A program made the translations under genes and the position numbers. Below, in pieces: positions 60,108 through 64,000 of a DNA stretch of 64,000 nucleotides. Location: NCBI GenBank assembly GCA_964500895.1, contig CAZCQP010000002.1:1812-65811 (forward strand). The letters are read 5' to 3'. This DNA comes from an uncultured Eubacteriales bacterium (lineage in GTDB: Bacteria; Bacillota; Clostridia; Lachnospirales; JAISER01). The notes under the pieces were generated by a model. It did no database searches. It was not told the DNA's origin and was given only the letters and a program-made list of their open reading frames with translations. Position 1 is the stretch's first letter, and every line of letters begins with the position of its first letter.

Positions 60108-61952
60108 ATGCTGGAAGCAACGCAAGTTGTAGAAAAACTTATGAACAACATGGGGCGGGGCTTGGTTTACATTAACCGTGAGCAACGCATTTTAATATGC
60201 AATCAAAAAGCCAGAGCCATTACAGGCATTGATTTTGACCATACCAATACCCACGAAGGCGGGCAGTTGGCTCCCGGCGACATTGTTATTATCACCGATA
60301 ACGATTTGGGTGACGACGACGGGGATTTGACCTCGGAGGATTTAAGCCTGATTAATATTAGCGATAAAGGCATTAACCAAAGGGACATGTTCATTGGGGT
60401 TGGCGTGTATAAAAACAGAAAAATTGAACCGTCTTATAAATATGTGCGGGAACACCAGCTGCGCACACCCTTTGAACTGGATGTGCATTATTTAGGCTTC
60501 CACATTGTGGCCACCATCGATACCATTAAAAAGATGATGAGCATTCAAGTGAACGGCAAAGTATTTGCCATGAATTTCTACAATGCCGTGGGGCATATGG
60601 TAGTGATTAACGGCAGCAACGGCCGGATTAAATTTTTTCAAATGCCGGGGTACAGTGTGCGGAAGGAATCCATTGGCGTGTTGCTACGGGGCGGCCAGTT
60701 TTTGGCAAAAAACAGTGATTCGGGTTTCTCCATTATCGGCCAAAAAATGTTGAATGTGTTTGAAGAAAGCCCGCTGACCCAAAAGGTGATTGAATTATTT
60801 AATGGGCAGAAAGAACCCATTAAAGATACCTTATATGAAATTAACCGGCGGCCGTTTATTTGCTCATTAATGCCCTCATTTGCAAAAGATAACCCAGAGG
60901 TTGTGGAAGGTGTTTTTATCATCTTGCAGGATGCCACCGAACTGGAAGCCATGCTGGAGGACAGAAACCGCATCATTGCGCAGATTGAGAAGAAAAACCA
61001 TGAACATAGCACCTTTCGTAACGCCTACCCTGAGGATGCGTTTCAAGACTTTGTGGGTGACGGCCCGCTAATTCAAGATGTGAAGTATTTGGCCTATAAA
61101 GCTTCCCAGACCAAGTTTAATGTGATCATTACCGGGGAGAGCGGCACAGGTAAATCCCACCTTGCCAGGGAAATTCATGATTTGCAGAACAAAGACGGTG
61201 CTTTTGTGGAAGTGAACTGTAGCACCATTGCACCTACCCTGTTTGAAAGCGAATTGTTCGGCTATGTGGGCGGGGCGTTTACCGGGGCGGCTTCTGGAGG
61301 GAAGGCTGGTTATTTTGAAGCGGCAAACAAAGGCACCATCTTTCTGGATGAAATCGGCGAAATTCCTCTGGACATTCAGGTAAAGCTGTTGCAGGTGTTG
61401 CAAAGCAAAACATTGTACAGGGTAGGTTCATCCAAGCCGGTGCATGTGGATGTGCGGGTGATTGCTGCCACCAACAAAAATTTGGAGCAGGAAGTGGAAA
61501 AGGGCAGTTTTAGAAGCGATTTGTACTACCGCATCAATGTTTTTCCCATTGAAATACCCCCGTTAAGGGAACGCAAAACAGATTTGTACGTGCTCATTAA
61601 TCAAATATTGCAAAAAACATGTAAACGGTATGAAGTGACACCCAAACAGTTTTCCGGTGAAGCTTTTCGTAAAATGCTGGCCTATAGCTGGCCCGGCAAC
61701 ATTCGGGAGTTGGAAAACATAATTGTTAGGGCCATTACGTTATGCGAATCCAACTTGATTTACCCAGAGCATATTAGCCTTACCGGCCAGAAAAATCCCA
61801 AGTCTATGAAAGAACGGTTGCAGGACGAAGAAGTGCGCATCATGCAGGAAGCCTTGATGCGTCACAACGGCGATAAACAGAAGGTGATGCATGAACTGCA
61901 AATGTCTAAATCTGTGTTTTACGAGAAATGTAAGCGGTATGGCATTGGATAG
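60108..61952 (+). CDS. Sigma-54-dependent transcriptional activator (bEBP) with N-terminal sensor region
   Basis: AAA+ domain with GESGTGKSHLA, the GAFTGA loop (GGAFTGA), an ESELFGY-type motif and a C-terminal Fis-type HTH. Confidence 0.9.
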   Translation: MLEATQVVEKLMNNMGRGLVYINREQRILICNQKARAITGIDFDHTNTHEGGQLAPGDIVIITDNDLGDDDGDLTSEDLSLINISDKGINQRDMFIGVGVYKNRKIEPSYKYVREHQLRTPFELDVHYLGFHIVATIDTIKKMMSIQVNGKVFAMNFYNAVGHMVVINGSNGRIKFFQMPGYSVRKESIGVLLRGGQFLAKNSDSGFSIIGQKMLNVFEESPLTQKVIELFNGQKEPIKDTLYEINRRPFICSLMPSFAKDNPEVVEGVFIILQDATELEAMLEDRNRIIAQIEKKNHEHSTFRNAYPEDAFQDFVGDGPLIQDVKYLAYKASQTKFNVIITGESGTGKSHLAREIHDLQNKDGAFVEVNCSTIAPTLFESELFGYVGGAFTGAASGGKAGYFEAANKGTIFLDEIGEIPLDIQVKLLQVLQSKTLYRVGSSKPVHVDVRVIAATNKNLEQEVEKGSFRSDLYYRINVFPIEIPPLRERKTDLYVLINQILQKTCKRYEVTPKQFSGEAFRKMLAYSWPGNIRELENIIVRAITLCESNLIYPEHISLTGQKNPKSMKERLQDEEVRIMQEALMRHNGDKQKVMHELQMSKSVFYEKCKRYGIG

Positions 61953-62002
61953 AAAAAAGGCTGCAAGTTGCCTATGAAAGGCAAGCGTGCAGCCGGAAGG
62001 GG

Positions 62003-62379
62003 AGGCGGCCAGAAGTGTGACTGCCGATGGTATTACCAGCGCCGCCTCTGCCGTGGCCAATGGCCACCCATGCTACCCAATAGTTTGTACGTGCAACAGG
62101 TAGTCGGGGCGGCCAGTCGCCTAAGGTTAAGGCGGCTCAAGTATGTAAGCGGCCTGTGATGTCTGGCCGCCTTAGCGCTGGGCAAAGCCCAGCTTAAAAA
62201 CCGTAGAGAAGGCGGCCAGAAGTGTGACTGCCGATGGTATGCCAGCGCCGCCTCTGCCGTGGCCAATGGCCACCCATGCTACCCAAAAGTTCGTGCGTGC
62301 AGCAGGTAGCCAGGGCGGCCAGCAGCCAAAGGTTAAGGCGGCTCAAGTATGTAAGCGGCCTGTGATGTCTGGCCGCCTT
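62003..62379. repeat. Tandem pair (period 207 bp) of a ~171-bp GC-rich element with 11-12-nt terminal inverted repeats
   Basis: Unit 1 spans 62003-62173 and unit 2 spans 62209-62379. Each begins (A)AGGCGGCCAGA and ends TCTGGCCGCCTT. The first ~78 nt and last ~55 nt are nearly identical between units, while the central ~45 nt diverge. Confidence 0.85.
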
Positions 62380-62392
62380 AGCGATGCGCAGT

Positions 62393-63493
62393 TCACTCGG
62401 TATATATACGAGGTGGTCTTCCGGCAATACGGGCGACGATCTCGTTTTTGTTTGTACCAGCCAGTTTAGAGGCCTCTTCGATGGACATGGTGTTGTCACT
62501 GCCGTCACCGTAAATAATGGCCAACTCCCCTTCTTTGGCATGGGGCACCTGGGTTAAGTCTACCATACACTGGTCCATGCAAATGACGCCGATGATGGGG
62601 CACTTTACCCCTAAAATGGTCACATAGCCTTTGTCCCGCATGTTTCTGGGGTAACCATCTGCATAACCGAAAGGCACGGTGCCAATGACCGTGTCACAAG
62701 GGGCTTTCCATAAATAATCGTATCCCACACCTTCTCCAGCAGCCACAGGCCGCACTTGAGAAAGGTGGCTCACAAATGTCAATGAGGAAACCACGTCCAG
62801 ATGCCCTTTATGAAAGCCGCGTAGCCCATAAATCAGTGCCCCAGGCCGCACCATGTTCATGTGGTATTCTGGGTAATCCACCAGCGAGATACTGTCGCAT
62901 ACGTGTTTATAGCGGAATTGTGCCCCGCCGTCTTCAAGCTGTGCGGTGATGGCATTAAAGCGTTCCACCTGCTTTAAGTTTTCCTCGTCATTCACCAAAG
63001 CCAGATGAGAAAAGACCCCTTCTACTTTTAAGTAAGGCAGTTTACAAATGGCCAGCAGTTCATCCACGTTATCGGTGCCCAACCGGTGAAAGCCGGTGTC
63101 TACTTTTAAATGGACGGTAGCTTGGGTATGTTTTTCCCGGGCTAACTCGTTTAACACGGTGGCTTGCTCTAAAGAGAAGATGGTTTGGGTGATGTTGTTT
63201 TCCACCACATAAGGCAACAGCCGGTTGGGGGTATGGCCTAAAATAAACAGAGGGTATTCGGCATACGCTTGCCGCAATTCTAATGCTTCTGTTAAAGTAG
63301 CCACGGCCAGATAAGTAGCACCGTGTGCCATTAGGGTAGGGGCGATGCCCACAGCCCCGTGGCCGTAGCCATTGGCCTTCACCACGGGCATAACGGCTAC
63401 GTCTTTGCCCACCATGCCTTGAATGAGGTCCATGTTGGTGCCGATGGCATTTAAGTGAACCTGAACGTAAGTGTCTCTCAGGATTGATGTCAT
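62393..63493 (-). CDS. alr: Alanine racemase
   Basis: 366 aa with PLP-lysine motif VVKANGYGHG. Confidence 0.9.
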   Translation of the reverse strand: MTSILRDTYVQVHLNAIGTNMDLIQGMVGKDVAVMPVVKANGYGHGAVGIAPTLMAHGATYLAVATLTEALELRQAYAEYPLFILGHTPNRLLPYVVENNITQTIFSLEQATVLNELAREKHTQATVHLKVDTGFHRLGTDNVDELLAICKLPYLKVEGVFSHLALVNDEENLKQVERFNAITAQLEDGGAQFRYKHVCDSISLVDYPEYHMNMVRPGALIYGLRGFHKGHLDVVSSLTFVSHLSQVRPVAAGEGVGYDYLWKAPCDTVIGTVPFGYADGYPRNMRDKGYVTILGVKCPIIGVICMDQCMVDLTQVPHAKEGELAIIYGDGSDNTMSIEEASKLAGTNKNEIVARIAGRPPRIYTE

Positions 63494-64000
63494 TGTTCAT
63501 TTCCTTTCTTGTGGTTTAAAAGGGCCAAAACCCCCATCACTTCCATTAACATGCCCACTTTCATGGCGCTTTCGTCTGGGTTAAACCATTCGCTGTGCAA
63601 AGTTTGGGGATGTGTTTCGTTGGGGCTTTTGGTGCCGATGTTAAAGTATAAGGCTTTGGTGGCGTTTGTAAAGTAGGAAAAATCATCGGCGCCTAAGCTG
63701 GGCTCGGGCATAAAATGAATGGCCGATTTGGGCAAATGGCTGTACGCCACTTCTTTAATGATTTCCTGCACGTCATCGTCGTTAACCAACGCCGGGTAAC
63801 TGTCTTTAAAAACAATGTCAGCTTTTGCACCGAAAGCCTGGGCGGTTTGGGTGGCCACCAGTTGCACCTTTTCTTTCAGCAGTGCTCGGGTGTCGTTATC
63901 CAGGGCACGAATAATGCCGGAGAGCAGCACCTCTTTAGGAATGACGTTGTTGGCGTGTCCCCCATGAAATTGCCCCACCGTCACCAAACCAGCGTTAGTA
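63490..64000 (-). CDS. M20D-family amidohydrolase, 3' part (gene continues beyond the window end)
   Basis: The C-terminal region VTVGQFHGGHANNVIPKEVLLSGIIRA is typical of M20D amidohydrolases. Overlaps the alr start by 4 nt. Confidence 0.7.
   Translation of the reverse strand, partial: TNAGLVTVGQFHGGHANNVIPKEVLLSGIIRALDNDTRALLKEKVQLVATQTAQAFGAKADIVFKDSYPALVNDDDVQEIIKEVAYSHLPKSAIHFMPEPSLGADDFSYFTNATKALYFNIGTKSPNETHPQTLHSEWFNPDESAMKVGMLMEVMGVLALLNHKKGNEQ

Noticed and set aside
61740-62541. Minus-strand ORFs with repeated MATAEAAL and AKAARHHRPLTYLSRLNL peptides.
   Set aside because: The repetition mirrors the 207-bp tandem DNA repeat. The ORFs have no RBS and overlap the ends of the bEBP and alr genes, so they are non-coding.

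Overview
This 64-kb chromosomal window looks like a moderately GC-rich, spore-forming Firmicute (Clostridia-like gene content, roughly 45-50% GC by eye). The dominant feature is a 13-kb type I-C-like CRISPR array at 15431-28463. I counted 196 in-register copies of a 32-bp repeat and 195 spacers, transcribed on the minus strand from an AT-rich leader at 28464-28632. The array is flanked only by an adaptation operon, cas4-cas1-cas2 (28633-30625). No cas3, cas5, cas8c or cas7 lies on either flank, so this is a giant array with an adaptation-only cas module. The array also carries an internal, heavily degenerate repeat that stays in register. It has recurrent spacers that are either exact copies or offset by 1 nt, and decayed repeats at the trailer end. 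The rest of the window is mostly housekeeping: mazEF next to an IS5 remnant, a chemoreceptor, a GldA/F/G-like ABC system, and NrdR-controlled class II RNR (nrdJ). It also holds tRNA-Trp, a histidine-utilisation cluster (hutH, hutU, formimidoyltransferase, cyclodeaminase, no hutI), argG-argH, serA-serC-DUF1015, an ECF sigma/anti-sigma pair, alr, a large serine recombinase and a sigma-54 activator. Non-coding observations worth follow-up are as follows. There is an Arg-codon leader ORF plus terminator upstream of argGH. A family of ~160-170-bp GC-rich elements bounded by inverted repeats has three copies, two of them in tandem. Five perfect hairpins cluster between hutU and an M20 hydrolase gene. 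A cloverleaf-like structured element lies upstream of an ECF S-component gene. A near-consensus sigma-54 promoter abuts the recombinase stop codon. All calls rest on reading the sequence and the ORF track; no database searches were run.
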